Assembly (NCBI GenBank): GCA_002269645.1
Contig: NIVC01000049.1
Location: forward strand, 124,001-188,000
DNA from: Macrostomum lignano
Lineage: Eukaryota
Length of the DNA stretch: 64,000 bases
Direction: 5' to 3'
The notes under the pieces are model-generated. The model had not been told where the DNA came from. It was given only the letters and a program-made list of their open reading frames with translations, and did not search any database. Of the stretch, positions 1 through 30,192 are shown piece after piece. A program made the translations under genes and the position numbers. Position 1 is the stretch's first letter. Each line of letters begins with the position of its first letter.

Positions 1-434
1 AATAACGAACGCAAAAGACACACGGCAAAGTTCTCTGCTGTCAGATTTAACTACAGTTGAGAATTCTATCTCGTGGCAACATGTGTAGAATCACACAAAC
101 AGAACTCAGCAAGAGCAACCTGATTAAATAAATAGCAAAAAAGAAGCCACGGGAGTCCTCTGAATTGATTTGGAGTACCGAAATCGTTCAGTGTTAATCA
201 TTTGTAAGAGGGAATCCGGGCTCGTTTGTGCCAGTAAAAGTGAAATAATTTATGCAAAATTGACAGAAAATAAATTTATCCAATGCCGCCTTAGTAACAA
301 AATTTTACTTGCTGACTCACAGAAGCCAAGTTTAAATTAAACTAAACAAATTAAACAGCTTTTTAAAAGGAAAATTCTCACCTGCTGAATAATTAAAATG
401 TCCAACAAAATCTCACTTTTAAAATCAATTTGGA

Positions 435-840
435 TTTTTCAAACAAGCTACAAAATCTCACCCAGAGAACCTGAACCAACCATTTCTCAAAAAGCTTCAA
501 AATCTCACCCGTGGACCCCATTAGGATTTCAACAAAGCTGCAAAATCTCATGTTAGATCCCATTAGGATTTCAAAAAAGCTACAAAATCACCCTTAGACC
601 CATTAGGATTTTAAAAAAGCTACAAAATCTCACCCTTAGACCCAATTAGGATTTCAAAAAAGCTACAAAATCTCACATATAGACCCCATTAGGATTTCAA
701 CAAAGCTACAAAATCTCACATGTAGACTCCAAAATCTCACCCTTAGACCCATTAGGATTTCAAAAAAGCTACAAAATCTCTCCGCAGACCCTATTAGAAT
801 TGCAAAAAAGCTCCAAAATCTCACTGAAGAACAAAGCATG
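435..840. repeat. ~42-nt degenerate minisatellite downstream of the nicastrin stop
   Basis: About 9 copies of AAAATCTCACCCTTAGACCCATTAGGATTTCAAAAAAGCTAC. Confidence 0.9.
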
Positions 841-880
841 ATTAAAAAGCTACTCAAACTGCCTGTTCAACAACAAGAGT

Positions 881-3800
881 TCACGGCGCCACAGACACGG
901 GAAAGTTGGCCTCCAGGCCGTGCTTGGCGCCCAGCACGAACTGCAGTGACAGCAGCAGAACTGCCACACCGAACAGCAGATGCGCCGCGCCCCAAGACCT
1001 GGTGGGCCGCATAAACAAACGCACAGTTGGCGTCTCCCATTGACTCTCCGTCCAGGTGGAGAAGTCGCCCGAACCGCTCCAGGCGTTATAATCCGAGCTG
1101 TCAATCGGGGACACGGCGGGCAGGGCAGTCAGGGACAAGCGCAGACAGACTCCGCTGACATTGTTAGACGCGCCGCTGACAGATGTCAGATCGTAGAACA
1201 CTGGCAGGCCAGCGCTAACGGTATCGTTGGCTGTATTCAATGCCAAACAGTCGCTCCGCTTAGTTACACCTGGCACAATATCGCCTGTAGCATTGGACAG
1301 CAACAGGTAGGTCAAATATCTCAGGTGGTTGCCACCCTGATTAGGCAGGAATCTGCTCTGATATTCGTACACATAGGCGCCAATTAAACCGTTAATACTA
1401 TTAGTAGCAGCGTAGACTTTATCTAGCCAACTTTTTGTCACATTAGCCCCGGATATCGCGTGCTGACAGGTGGCGTCGCCTTGGAGACAATCAACGTAGG
1501 CTTTCAACAGATTGTCGTCCACCTTTGCTGCTGACGAATTAGTGAGAAACTGTGACGCCAGAGTAGCAATGCGATCCGCTAAGATGGCCAAGTTTTGCAC
1601 AACACCAGAGGGCGTCGGGCGCAGATCGGCAAACGAGTTATAATTCCGATTGCGAAATCCTTGATCCCGTTTGTGATCGGTGAGGAGCAGGGCGGGCACC
1701 GGCTGCAGCGGAGCTGACTCCTTCGAACCTGGCGGCCTTAGAAAAGTCTGAGTCGAGGCTGGCGGCAGTTTTCTATCGCTAATCAAAGCGTCAGATTTCA
1801 AGCCGAGAGATTTCACATGCGAGTCAACTGTAGAGTTGACAACTCTATAAACTGACGGATCAGTGTACGCGGCCAGCTGGTCCATGGATTCTAAATTCGA
1901 CAGCTCGCCCAGTTCAATAATCGAATGCACGTGACTGGCATTGATTCTAGCCGGTTGACCCGATTCGCCTAGCAACTGGTTGCCATGGAGATCGTGTACT
2001 AAGCGCTGGCTGCCAATATAGTCCCAGCTGTCGCCATTGACAAATACGATGGCAACGTCGCGACCTGTTGTCCCGTTACTGGATGAAGCTAGCGCATTAG
2101 CGACTGCAAGCAATACCGCGATAGCCGGAGTAAGAGTGCCAGAAGCTGGCGAGTTGCTGGCAAACATTGAGAAGGAGTCAAGGCGAGCCAAGATCAGCAT
2201 AACAGATGCGGGTGCTCGGACAGTATTGGTTGGCATCGCTGTTGAGCTAGCGGTCCATACTAGACTCAAATCGCCCATTGGGCCGCAGAAATGCATCAGC
2301 TGAGAGATGGAGGTCAAGGCGGAGATGAGGCTAGTGTACTGCGGCCTTCGGAGGCAAGTAACCGACGAGGCCGCCCCGTGCATCGGCGTGCGCAGCTCGA
2401 TTGCGCAATGACGCAGCGACGATTCGCGTTGGGTACAATTTTTCAAAGTGAAAATCTGCTCGGATTTGGTTACTAAGGCAACAGGAAAGGACCAGTCTAA
2501 CAGGGCGGCAGAGGTGCCGGCGGCATTCCATGCTGGGGAGGCCTGCGGGCCGGAGCAGCTGCCGCCGCGGCTGCCGCGGTAGGCGCTCAGACGGTCGTTG
2601 GGGCAAGCGGAGTCCTCGGAGATGTTCACGCCGGTTTTTGCGGCAAAGTCGAACGTGAAGTCGCGCTCAGATTCAGAGTACAGAACCAGCAGGCCCTGCG
2701 GGAGGGGAGCGGCGGAGAGTGGGGGTTAGTCCCAGCAACTGAGGATCTGGGAGGCTGGCCCCAACAACTGGGGATCTGGGAGACTGGCCCAGCAACTTAC
2801 ACTCTGGGAGGCTGGCCCAGCAACTGAGGATCTGGGAGGCTGGCCCAGCAGCTGAGGATCTGGGAGGCTGGCCCAGCAACTGGGGATCTGGGAGGCTGGC
2901 CCAGCAACTGGGGATCTGGGAGACTGGCCCAGCAACTGACACTCTGGGAGGCTGGCCCAGCAACTGAGGATCTGGGAGGCTGGCCCAGCAGCTGAGGATC
3001 TGGGAGGCTGGCCCAGCAACTGGGGATCTGGGAGGCTGGCCCAGCAACTGGGGATCTGGGAGGCTGGCCCAGCAACTGGGGATCTGGGAGGCTGACCCAG
3101 CAACTGAGGATCTGGGAGGCTGGCCCAGCAACTGAGGATCTGGGAGGCTGACCCAGCAACTGAGGATCTGGGAGGCTGGCCCAGCAACTGGGGATCTGGG
3201 AGGCTGGCCCAGCAACTGAGGATCTGGGAGGCTGGCCCAGCAACTGAGGATGTGGGAGGCTGGCCCAGCAACTGAGGATGTGGGAGGCTGGCCCAGCAAC
3301 TGGGGATGTGGGAGGCTGGCCCAGCAACTGAGGATCTGGGAGGCTGGCCCAGCAACTGGGGATCTGAGAGGCCGGCCCAACAACTGGGGATCTGAGAGGC
3401 TGGCCCAGCAACTGGGATCTGAGAGGCCGGCCCAACAACTGGGGATCTGAGAGGCCGGCCCAACAACTGGGGATCTGAGAGGCCGGCCCAACCTGGGGAT
3501 CTGAGAGGCTGGCCCAGCAACTGGGATCTGGGAGGCTGCGGTGACAACCCAGAAGGGATCCACCAGCGCGGCAGCACAAACCTGCAGGCCCCCGGGCAGG
3601 CCGTGCAGTTTCGCAGCCTGCAGGGCGAACAGCTCAGCGGGCACGGCCAGCACGGCATCGGCGGTGTCATCGCGGCTCAGGCCGTCCAACTCGGCCGCAG
3701 TGTCGGCAAAGATCAAACGGCCGACGTTGCCGCCCAGGCTGCTGGAGCAGCCAGCCTGATGGGTGCCGTTGAATCGACGAACGCAGGCAGAGAAGGCGGC

Positions 3801-3905
3801 CTGCGGCAGCTTGTAGTAGCTGCGGTCTCGCAATCTCTCGCAGGAGCCGAGCCGAAACAGAACTGCTACTAACAGTAGTACTAAAGCTCCATTGCGGGTG
3901 AACAT
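881..3905 (-). CDS. NCSTN: Nicastrin (gamma-secretase subunit), 2 exons, ~712 aa
   Basis: Exon 3905-3582 (ATG, signal peptide, CVRRFNGTHQAGCSS) is spliced CAG|GTTTGT...CCGCAG|GGC in phase 0 to exon 2695-881. Recognised motifs: LARLDSFSMF, NGDSWDYIGSQRLVHDL (DYIGS), LPPASTQTFLR, WTESQWE, then a C-terminal TM helix. A branch-point ACTAAC lies at 2730-2725. Confidence 0.96.
2731..3538. repeat. 28-nt minisatellite filling the nicastrin intron
   Basis: About 29 copies of CCCAGCAACTGAGGATCTGGGAGGCTGG; source of ORFs 2673..3962 (3' part), 2726..3670 and 2797..3579. Confidence 0.97.
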
Positions 3906-3986
3906 CGTTTTCTTTAAAACTCGGTTTATAAACTTTAGGCAGCTGGGGTAGAGTGCATGCAATTGAATTTATATGAATATACAACT

Positions 3987-4493
3987 CTGGCGCACTTAAA
4001 GCGATATTGTAAAAAAACTTTTTACCGAAGCACAATGAAGTCTAAACGGTCATTATTACAGCATTCAGCGACTCCACCAAAAGATTTTTCAATTGATAAG
4101 AGCATGCAGGCACACTTGCTGTGATTTTATTAAACCGATTAAAAATTTATGACTAAGTTATAGAGTCGCCTATTATCTTATCTGATTGCCAATTCAACTG
4201 GACCTCGCCACGCGTAATCAATGTACATGATACTCCCTGCCCGAGTGACCAATTAGTCTAGCCACCCCATCTCTTGTCCAATCAGATCAATTTTAAGGCG
4301 TGAAAAATGGCCGCACAGGCACACACTTAAACAGGAGTGTACAGCGGCCCTCCTAACTTGCCTTGGGGGTTGGCCTTTAAGGCCGCTTGTTAATAGCACG
4401 AGCAGAGCTAAGCCGAGATTCCAATTCAAATTAATGTGACTGCACTTGGAATCGAGCCTGGGCCGTCGCGCTAGACCGCTGAGCTACGGCCCC
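3987..4493 (-). mobile_element. tRNA-derived SINE family B, diverged copy
   Basis: Minus-strand head GGGCCGTAGCTCAGCGG (A box) ... GGCTCGATTCC (B box). 4310-4493 and 3987-4010 resemble the copies at 29836-30192 and 34317-34660. Confidence 0.7.
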
Positions 4494-5597
4494 TCATCAC
4501 TCGCCCCCATGTGCCTCGTCACTTGTGTGACATACTATAGTTAGTGCAAACAAACTGATTTAATAATTAAAACAAAAGACTAATAATTGTCAAATCAAAC
4601 TACAAGATGTAACTTGAAGAACTTATTTTATAAGAGATATTAGATAAAATTTGTTTAGAAAAAGTTTTCTACTAGATTATTCGTAAAGATAAAAATTTCA
4701 AAAAAATTATTACAAATCAAAGACTTTGCTTTACTCGCACCTATAATTAGTCTTATTATAGTAACTTATTATTGGCATTAAGAGCTTGGAGTTTAAAAAC
4801 ACAGTTTCAGAAAGATAAGAGTTAAAAGAATCAGCTGATTTTACGGAAATTAGTCTGGAAATTTGAAATCAATATAAAAAGGTGTCATAACTGCAAAAAT
4901 TTACCGATAAAATAGAGAATATTTTAAAAAATTTCTTAGAATTCCGTCAAATTCCTAGAAACAGCCGAGGGTATTTCTTAAAAATAGTCGGGAGTAATTC
5001 TTAGAAAAACACCGGAGTACTTTTAAATCTGCTGAATAATGAGCCACATCACAATTATAAGGGGAGCAGTTAGTAGTTTTGAGCACAATAGGTCAATTAA
5101 AATTACGCGAAGTAAGTCAAAATTGTACACGGTACACGCTTTACTTTGCTGCTCTAGCAGGAATTTACATAATTAAAAGGTGCAGATTGCTAGGACCAGA
5201 AGCTGTATAAAAAAACATGATTAATGTCATATATAATATGTAACATATTAATCATATTTAATCATATGTAACATATTAAATTCATAATTTAGCAAAGGGT
5301 AATAGTTTGATGGCGAAGGGAAATGCAAATGATTATGAACGATCGATAATTAGTGAAAAATATACATAAGAAGAAAATTGTTGTTATTATAATATACGCT
5401 CGTAGCTGCATTCTAATTTTGGTCTGACTGTATTAAAATTGATAAAAACACCGAGTTTTAGAGGTAGAAATTTCATCGGGTTCTTACGAATCCCAATCAG
5501 AGGCTTTGGCTCTTCATATTGCGGTCAGGGTGAATGTTCCGTTGGATAGAAATAGAATGGATTTTCATGGAAAAACCGGGACGGATGGGGTTGGTAC

Positions 5598-6245
5598 TTA
5601 TATTATCTTAGTTGGGTCAGGGTCATGAATGTACATTGGGGGTAGGAAAGAAAGTCCGTTCTTTACTGACCAATAATGTACATTAGGGATAGAAAATAGA
5701 ATGGATTTTCCGCGGCAAAACCCGGAGGCATGGGTTTGAAAGTTGTTAATGTAAATTTTGTTGATTAATTTTAATAATCCCACATCGGAAGCTGAACCGG
5801 ACACTGCTCCGCTGCTACTAGCAAAACAGCCCAATCGTTTCTGTCTCAATAATTTTCTCTGTTTAAACTGGCCGCGACCCCGGGCGCCAATGTAGAATAG
5901 CACGGCGGTGAGATAGCCGGCTATGATCAAAGGCAAGGGTTGAAGGCTGCGCACTCTGGAGTCGCACTGGTACGCTTCGCTCCAGAGTCGATGCGTGGCG
6001 TTCATTGCGTCTACAGCGTCCATGCAGAGACTGTGCGTGTTTCTGTCTCTGGTGTGCTCAGCATTTGATAGAGTATCGAACCGGATGGTCAGTGCTGAGT
6101 ACAGTGAAGAGCACTTGTCGCACACGATACTAGGGCCGGACTGGTTGCTGCTTGCGCTGCATTTATAGAGCGAAAAATTGATTTATCTATCCATTTATCT
6201 GTCTATCTATCTATCTATCCATCTATCTGTCTATCTATCTATCTG

Positions 6246-6313
<68 letters not shown>

Positions 6314-6329
6314 ATCTATCATCTATCTA

Positions 6330-6383
<54 letters not shown>

Positions 6384-6393
6384 TCATCTATTC

Positions 6394-6486
<93 letters not shown>

Positions 6487-7780
6487 ACTGAGGGAAATGT
6501 TGATTTAGAAACAAATAGGAAAGTCTCACCTGGAATAATTAGCAAAGCATTCGCGCAGCTGTGTGGTGTCATTAAAGAACTGATCCAGATCACTGCGGTA
6601 CCTGGGCAGACTGTCGTTCTGGCTACTGCCGCCGTTTGATGAGAAGCAGTTGTTGCAGTTGCTGCTGCGCCACACAGACTCGACAAAATCTCGAGTTCTG
6701 GAGAGAACCTTTCGATGATAGAAGGAGAAATCAGTTTTGATCAATACGGAATGGTCTGTGACCTTTGCTGTTTCCTTGCAGCACCTAACTAATTGACACG
6801 ACAGATTCGGCCTCGTTTATATCCGACTAAACTCGATAATTCTTGTCACCTTTGCTGCATACGTTAATGCACCTTACTATCCAACTTCTATCGAGCTGAT
6901 CTACTTAATAAGTATCTGATCTACTTTTAGGAATCTGATCTACTTTCTAAGAATCTGATCTACTTTTTAAGAATCTGATCTACTTTCTTAGGATCTGATC
7001 TACTTTCTAGGAATCTGATCTACTTTCTAGGAATCTGATCTACTTTCTAGGAATCTGATCTACTTTTTAAGAATCTGATCTACTTTCTTAGGATCTGATC
7101 AACTTTCTAGGAATCTGATCTACTTTCTAGGAATCTGATCTACTTTTTGAGAATCTGATCTTTCTTAGGATCTGATCTACTTTCTAGGAATCTGATCTAC
7201 TTTTTAAGAATCTGATCTACTTTTTGAGAATCTGATCTACTTTCTTAGGATCTGATCAACTTTCTAGGAATCTAATCTACTTTCTAGGAATCTGATCTAC
7301 TTTCTAGGAATCTGATCTACTTTCTATGAATCGGATCTACCTTCTAAGAATCTGGTGTATATTCCAGGAATCGGATCTACTTCCGATCTAATATCTTTAT
7401 CTATCTGCCAATCTACCGCAAGCAGCCAATCGCCCACCTGCACAGAATCCAGCTGCATCAGATACTTCCTACAGCTGGTGCCATCCGGGGCAGCACTCAA
7501 ATCCTTGCCATCGTCCTTCACCAGCAGCTGGTGCAGGTCCGCATACTTGGCCCGGCTGTGGTAGCAGTGAGCGCACAGAGTGAACGGCCTGGCCGCGCGG
7601 CACATGCAGTCGGTGAGCTCGGCACTGGCCCTGCTCAGAGCGTATTGAAATGCGGTGCAATTCATGGCAGCTGGCGACATTGTCGGCGCCGATACCGCAA
7701 CCATTTGCAGGCCTTGAATCCGATCTGCCTACTATGAGTAGCGATAAGAGCATTTCTAATATTAACAAACAATAATTCAT
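5598..7780 (-). CDS. OSTM1: Osteopetrosis-associated transmembrane protein 1 (ClC-7 beta subunit); 5' end has a frame discontinuity
   Basis: Exons ~7780/7704-7438, 6708-6530 and 6156-5598 join in phase (0, then 2). Cys pattern [74 protein letters not shown], then a TM helix and [11 protein letters not shown] match my recollection of OSTM1. Confidence 0.9.
6185..6486. repeat. (TATC)n microsatellite in the last OSTM1 intron
   Basis: Direct inspection. Confidence 0.97.
6895..7390. repeat. 20-nt minisatellite in OSTM1 intron 6709-7437
   Basis: About 24 copies of GGAATCTGATCTACTTTCTA. Confidence 0.95.
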
Positions 7781-8606
7781 TGTAGATTTTTTTCAATCTG
7801 TTGCAGAAGCTTTCCAGCAGAAATTTAATAAATTAATAGATATTATTGATTAAGTGTACGATAAACGCTGCCTTTATGAAATATTCTACGCTACATATCG
7901 GGTAAGATTTAATCAAATGGTCAAAATAAAATTTAGGCGGACACAAAGTTACCTAACTGATAATACTACTGAGTTGGAAAGTAGCTTAGTAGCATATTGT
8001 AACCATGATTTATTCTAGACGTAAATTTTAGCATCCAAAGTTCAGAATTAATGAAAAAAATTAGTGATATTCTACTACAGAGAACAAAAATTAATAAGCA
8101 ATCGAATCAGTAGTGCCTGAGGCATATATTTATGCGTATTTATTTATTTATTTTTAAAAAAGATACATTCACAGAAAGTACACAGAAGTAAATACTGCTT
8201 CGTCAGATTCGTCAAAATTGTTTATATAATAACCAATATTAGCTACTTATTTATAGAAATTACACAAATATTAAAAAATCTTGTTGCATTTTACGAATAA
8301 CGAATCTAGTTACACTTTAAGGAATGACTATAGACATAAACAACAAAATACTTGGAAATCTTGACAGTCTCACAAATGTCACAATTGTCATGACAATATT
8401 TTGCAGCAACAAACAACTACAAACAGACTAAAGGGAATATATATACATTCATAAATAAACACAGCCAAATGTTTAGATAAAATAATCAAGTTCTGTCAGC
8501 ACATTCACTGATGCAAAAGTAATTTTTTCTTTAAAAATTAATTTTAGAAGCCAATATTCTAAATAACTACTTTCGTGAAGCGTCAGAACGCGCATGACAA
8601 GAATTA

Positions 8607-8616
8607 TTTATTTATT
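8607..8616 (-). terminator. Candidate polyadenylation signals (two overlapping AATAAA) for the DLG5-like gene
   Basis: About 35-45 nt after the TAG at 8653-8651. Confidence 0.5.
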
Positions 8617-8650
8617 ATCTTGAATTTCCAAGACACTAATTCCTTGAATC

Positions 8651-25821
<17,171 letters not shown>

Positions 25822-25924
25822 CTGTGGAGAAATTTGAGGTAAAATTTTGAGCACTCGATCATTGAAAGTTAAACTTTTTGTGTATTTCAAAAGACACATC
25901 ATAATTCCAAATAATCTCACCTAA

Positions 25925-26760
25925 CCTTTACTCACCTAATCTACCTTCATTCATCCAATTTACCTTTATTCAACTAAACTGTCTTTACTCACCTAATCTA
26001 CCTTGATTCGCCTAATCTGCATTCACTCACCTAATCTACTTTCATTCACCTAATCTACTTTCATTCACCTAATCTACTTTCATTCACCTAATCTACTTTC
26101 ATTCACCTAATCTACTTTCATTCACCTAATCTACTTTCATTCACCTAATCTACCTTCACTTACCGAATCTACTTTCATTCACCTAATCTACCTTCACTCA
26201 CCTAATCTACTTTTATTCACCTAATCTACTTTCATTCACCTATTCTACCTTCACTCACCTAATCTACCTTCACTCACCTAATCTACCTTCACTCACCTAA
26301 TCTACCTTCACTCACCTAATCTACTTTCACTCACCTAATCTACCTTCACTTACCGAATCTACTTTTCATTAACCTAATCTACTTTAATCACCTTATCTAC
26401 CTTTAATCACCTAATCTACCTTCACTCACCGAATCTACTTTCATTCACCTATTCTACCTTCACTCACCTAATCTACTTTCATTCATCTAATCTACCTTCA
26501 CTCACCTAATCTACTTTCACTCACCGAATCTACTTTCATTCACCTAATCTGCCTTCACTCACCGAATCTACTTTCATTCACCTAATCTACCTTCACTCAC
26601 CTAATCTACCTTCACTCACCTAATTTACCTTCACTCACTTAATCTACCTTCACTCACGTCATCTACACCTTAATTCACTTAATCTATTTTCACTCACCTA
26701 ATATACCAACATTTGCCTAATATACCTAACATTTATTTAATCTAACTTCACCCACCTGAT
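25925..26760. repeat. 19-nt minisatellite upstream of the DLG5-like acceptor at 25822
   Basis: About 42 copies of TCACCTAATCTAC(T/C)TTCA(T/C). Confidence 0.95.
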
Positions 26761-27439
26761 CTATCTCCCTCTTCATCCTTGGCCTTTCTTTTTCCAAAAA
26801 AACTGCATACTACTGGAAAATTGCAAATGAGGACCCAAGAGTCTAACTAGTGTATATTTTCCGGATCTCAAAGATAAAAATTAATGATAATAACTTGTAT
26901 CAAACGGTAAAGAGGAGCTATTTAAATTAGCTTTGGTTTGGCGCCAGTAGCGCATTGAAAATAGGCTTCGCTTTATACTAGTATAAAAGGTCGTATATTT
27001 TCTCTTGCAAATATTTGCAGAACATATTGGCATGTCTGAGGCTGCCTTAACACAATTACCAGTACCAATAGTAGAGGAGCTAATCCCAGGAGAGCACTTC
27101 TATATCTTGGACTTGTTAAGAAGTAGAGAAGGAGAATCAGGCTCATCAGCTCAATTAGGTTATAACGAACTCAATTCGGTTCAGTGTGTGTTTGTGTGTT
27201 GCTCTCTTGCTCTCGTGTTCTCAAGCCTTCAGCTAGCAGAAATTCCGATAGAAACCCGCAGTGGGACAAGAAGAATAGAAAGAATCTCAACTGCCTATTT
27301 TTGCTTTAATCAATCCAGTCTTGCATTGCTTTGCTAAAAAATTACTGGGTCCATACTTATTTCTACACTGCTTCTGAAGAGAGCTCTGGCTCTAATGAGC
27401 AGCATTGATTCGATTGTGATGCAAAAAGGACGACGGACT

Positions 27440-28110
27440 GACAAGAAGTTATACAAGTTTGGAGTGGCAAAATGAGGGAGGGTTTGGAGTGACAAGATGA
27501 GTACCGATTCCGAGTGACAAGAAGAGTGCCGAAGCCGTATGACAAGATGTTTGCTGTTTGGAGTGACAAGAAGAGTGCCGAAGCTGAATGACAAGATGTT
27601 TGCTGTTTGGAGTGACAAGAAGAGTGCCGAAGCCGAATGACAAGATGTTTGCCGTTTGGAGTGACAAGAAGAGTGCCGAAGCCGAATGACAAGATGTTTG
27701 CCGGTTTGGAGTGACAAGAAGAGTGCCGATTACAAATGACAACAAGAGTACCGATTCCGAGTGACAAGAAGAGTGCTGATTCCGAGTGACAAGAAGAGCG
27801 TCAAAGCCGAATGACAAGATGTTTGCCGGTTTGGAGTGACAAGAAGAGTGCCTATTGAAAATGACAAGAGTACCGATTCCGAGTGACAAGAAGAGCGTCA
27901 AAGCCGAATGACAAGATGTATGCCGGTTTGGAGTGACAAGAAGAGTGCCTATTGAAAATGACAAGAGTACCGATTCCGAGTGACAAGAAGAGCGTCAAAG
28001 CCGAATGACAAGATGTTTGCCGGTTTGGAGTGACAAGAAGAGTGCCTATTCCAAATGACAAGAGTACCGATTCCAAGTGACAAGAGTGCTGAATCCGAGT
28101 TGACAAAATT
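27440..28110. repeat. Composite minisatellite built from TGACAAG-core subunits, ~48-nt higher-order unit
   Basis: GAGTGACAAGAAGAGTGCCGAAGCCGAATGACAAGATGTTTGCCGGTTTG and variants. Confidence 0.9.
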
Positions 28111-29835
28111 GACGTTTTCAAGTGACAAAAATGGTGTCTTGGCAGTTCTTTCTATATATAGGAAACAAAACCAAAAAAGCAGAATGAAGCGCGAAAAAGT
28201 TCAGCCATCCTTTGCCAGAAAAAGTTCAATCGTCCTTTACAGACGCAACGAAAGAAAATATTCACGGACGGGAAAAGAAGCGTCAATAGATAAAAATGGA
28301 AGAAGAATGTCAAATAATCCAAGATATATAGGACAGCCAAACAGCGAAAATGTCGCGGGAAAAATTACCTAAGGGGGGAGCTATGATCCTCTTTCCTCCC
28401 GCATCGGCAATCTGCCTCTCTGCCTGCCTCTGGCAGACAAACACTGCAGACACTAGTTCAGAGGAATCGATCCGGCGATAAAACAAATTATGTATTGTAT
28501 TGTATAATTTATAGATTTTTTGCGTAGAGCTGCCAGAATGTGCATAGCGTGAAGCACTATATTCAGCTGCACTTTACACTAACACGGAAAATTTCTTCCT
28601 TGTAAGCTTGACAATCTGACAAATTTCGGATTGTGTCATGAATAAATAAGATTTATCATTTCCAATTCGAATTACTTCGAAAACAGGGCGGAATGCAAGG
28701 ACCATAAAAATCTGCAAGCTAGCCTGCCGGATGATGGCTACGCAAGACGGCAGATGGCGAACAGACGAGAGCAGACACGCGAAGACAGAAACCCGAAGAC
28801 AAAATAGCCAGTAGTTAAAGAGCTTCATTTCGAATTCATTCTTGTTTATCTTCACAATAACCTCGAAAGAGAAGGAAGGAGACGACTAATAATACTACCC
28901 GACTATCTTTCTAATATCCTCGTGGGAACTCTCGACGGAAATATCTCCCACGAGCGAATTCAGATGAAAAACAGAGGAAAACACAGGCCTTATATTCTAG
29001 TAGAAGTACCAAGTTATTGTCCTCTGATTCTTGAATAAAAAACTCTGAACCTCTGATAGAAACATCAACGATTTATCTTTGCTTCTTAATTTTAATAACT
29101 AAATGATCTTTGTAGTTCTACTGTTCAACACGCGCATATAGAGCAGATGCTTAAAAGTACAGGACCAGCGTGCGCATGACGACAACAAAGAGTTTCGCTT
29201 CCGTCTTCATTAAGAGCTTGCCAGTTTTGAATAATTCAGTCATCATCACTGCTACATTGTTAGCTACAGTTTCCATTTTCCACTAACCAAAGGAACTCTA
29301 CAGCTTAATGAAGGAAATTGCTTACAAAGTTGCTCATTTGTGCCGACGGTTATTTTTTTACAACCAAAAACCAAGTTCGTCAGACACTTTCTCGAGCAAC
29401 GCAAGTACAAAGGGGAGGCCTGACGTGCCGTGTCGTTCCTTCCTCTTCGGCAGCAAAAGTTCGCCAACGATTCAAGATGCTGGGAGGATAGCCACAGCTA
29501 ATAAATAAACGCATTTCAGGTTGTAAAAGCCGCGCTTAACATTTCAGTTCAGACACTTGCTACTAGTACTGCTTTAGGCTTCAAAAAGGCATCGTTACTG
29601 CACTAGTAGTTGTAAATCTAATGCGCATCTGCCCGCGCTAGCAAGTTCAGAAAATTGCCTTACTATAGCTACACAAGCCTCGAAGGTTGGCTAAAACTAT
29701 GTTAAGTAAAGTAAAGTAAAAAATCTCGCTAAATAGGCAACATTTTGCATTACCTGCATCTCCTGTAATGATTACACTTTGCTTTAGGAGCACGAATTTA
29801 TATGTACGTTACTTTTTAGTTGGATTAGTGGCAGA

Positions 29836-30192
29836 GGGGCTGCGTGCACCCTGGCGCACTTAAAGCGACATTGTCACACAACCGGCGAGAGTTGTGTGAC
29901 AATACTGCCCATTCCGCCGACTCCCTTGAGCAGGCACACAAGCTCAAGGATACGTACGCAGTCATACGCACAGGCACACACTCACACAGAAGTGTACAGC
30001 GGCCCTAACTTTATTTGTCGTTAGGCATGTGTACTTGTGGCTTGGGGATTGGCTTTAAAAGTCGTTAATTGCACGAGCAGACCCAAACCCGGATTCTAAT
30101 TTAGCCCAAAATTACCGTGATTGCACTTGCAATCGAGCCTGGGCCACTGGCACACAAGAGCATTACGCCACACCACTAGGCTACGGACCCCT
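29836..30192 (-). mobile_element. tRNA-derived SINE family B
   Basis: Head GGGGTCCGTAGCCTAGTGG ... GGCTCGATTGC; body closely matches the reverse complement of 34317-34660. Confidence 0.82.

Noticed and set aside
2673-3670. Long Pro/Gln/Trp-rich ORFs in all three minus frames
   Set aside because: Translations of the 28-nt intronic array; only 3905-3582 and 2695 onward belong to nicastrin.
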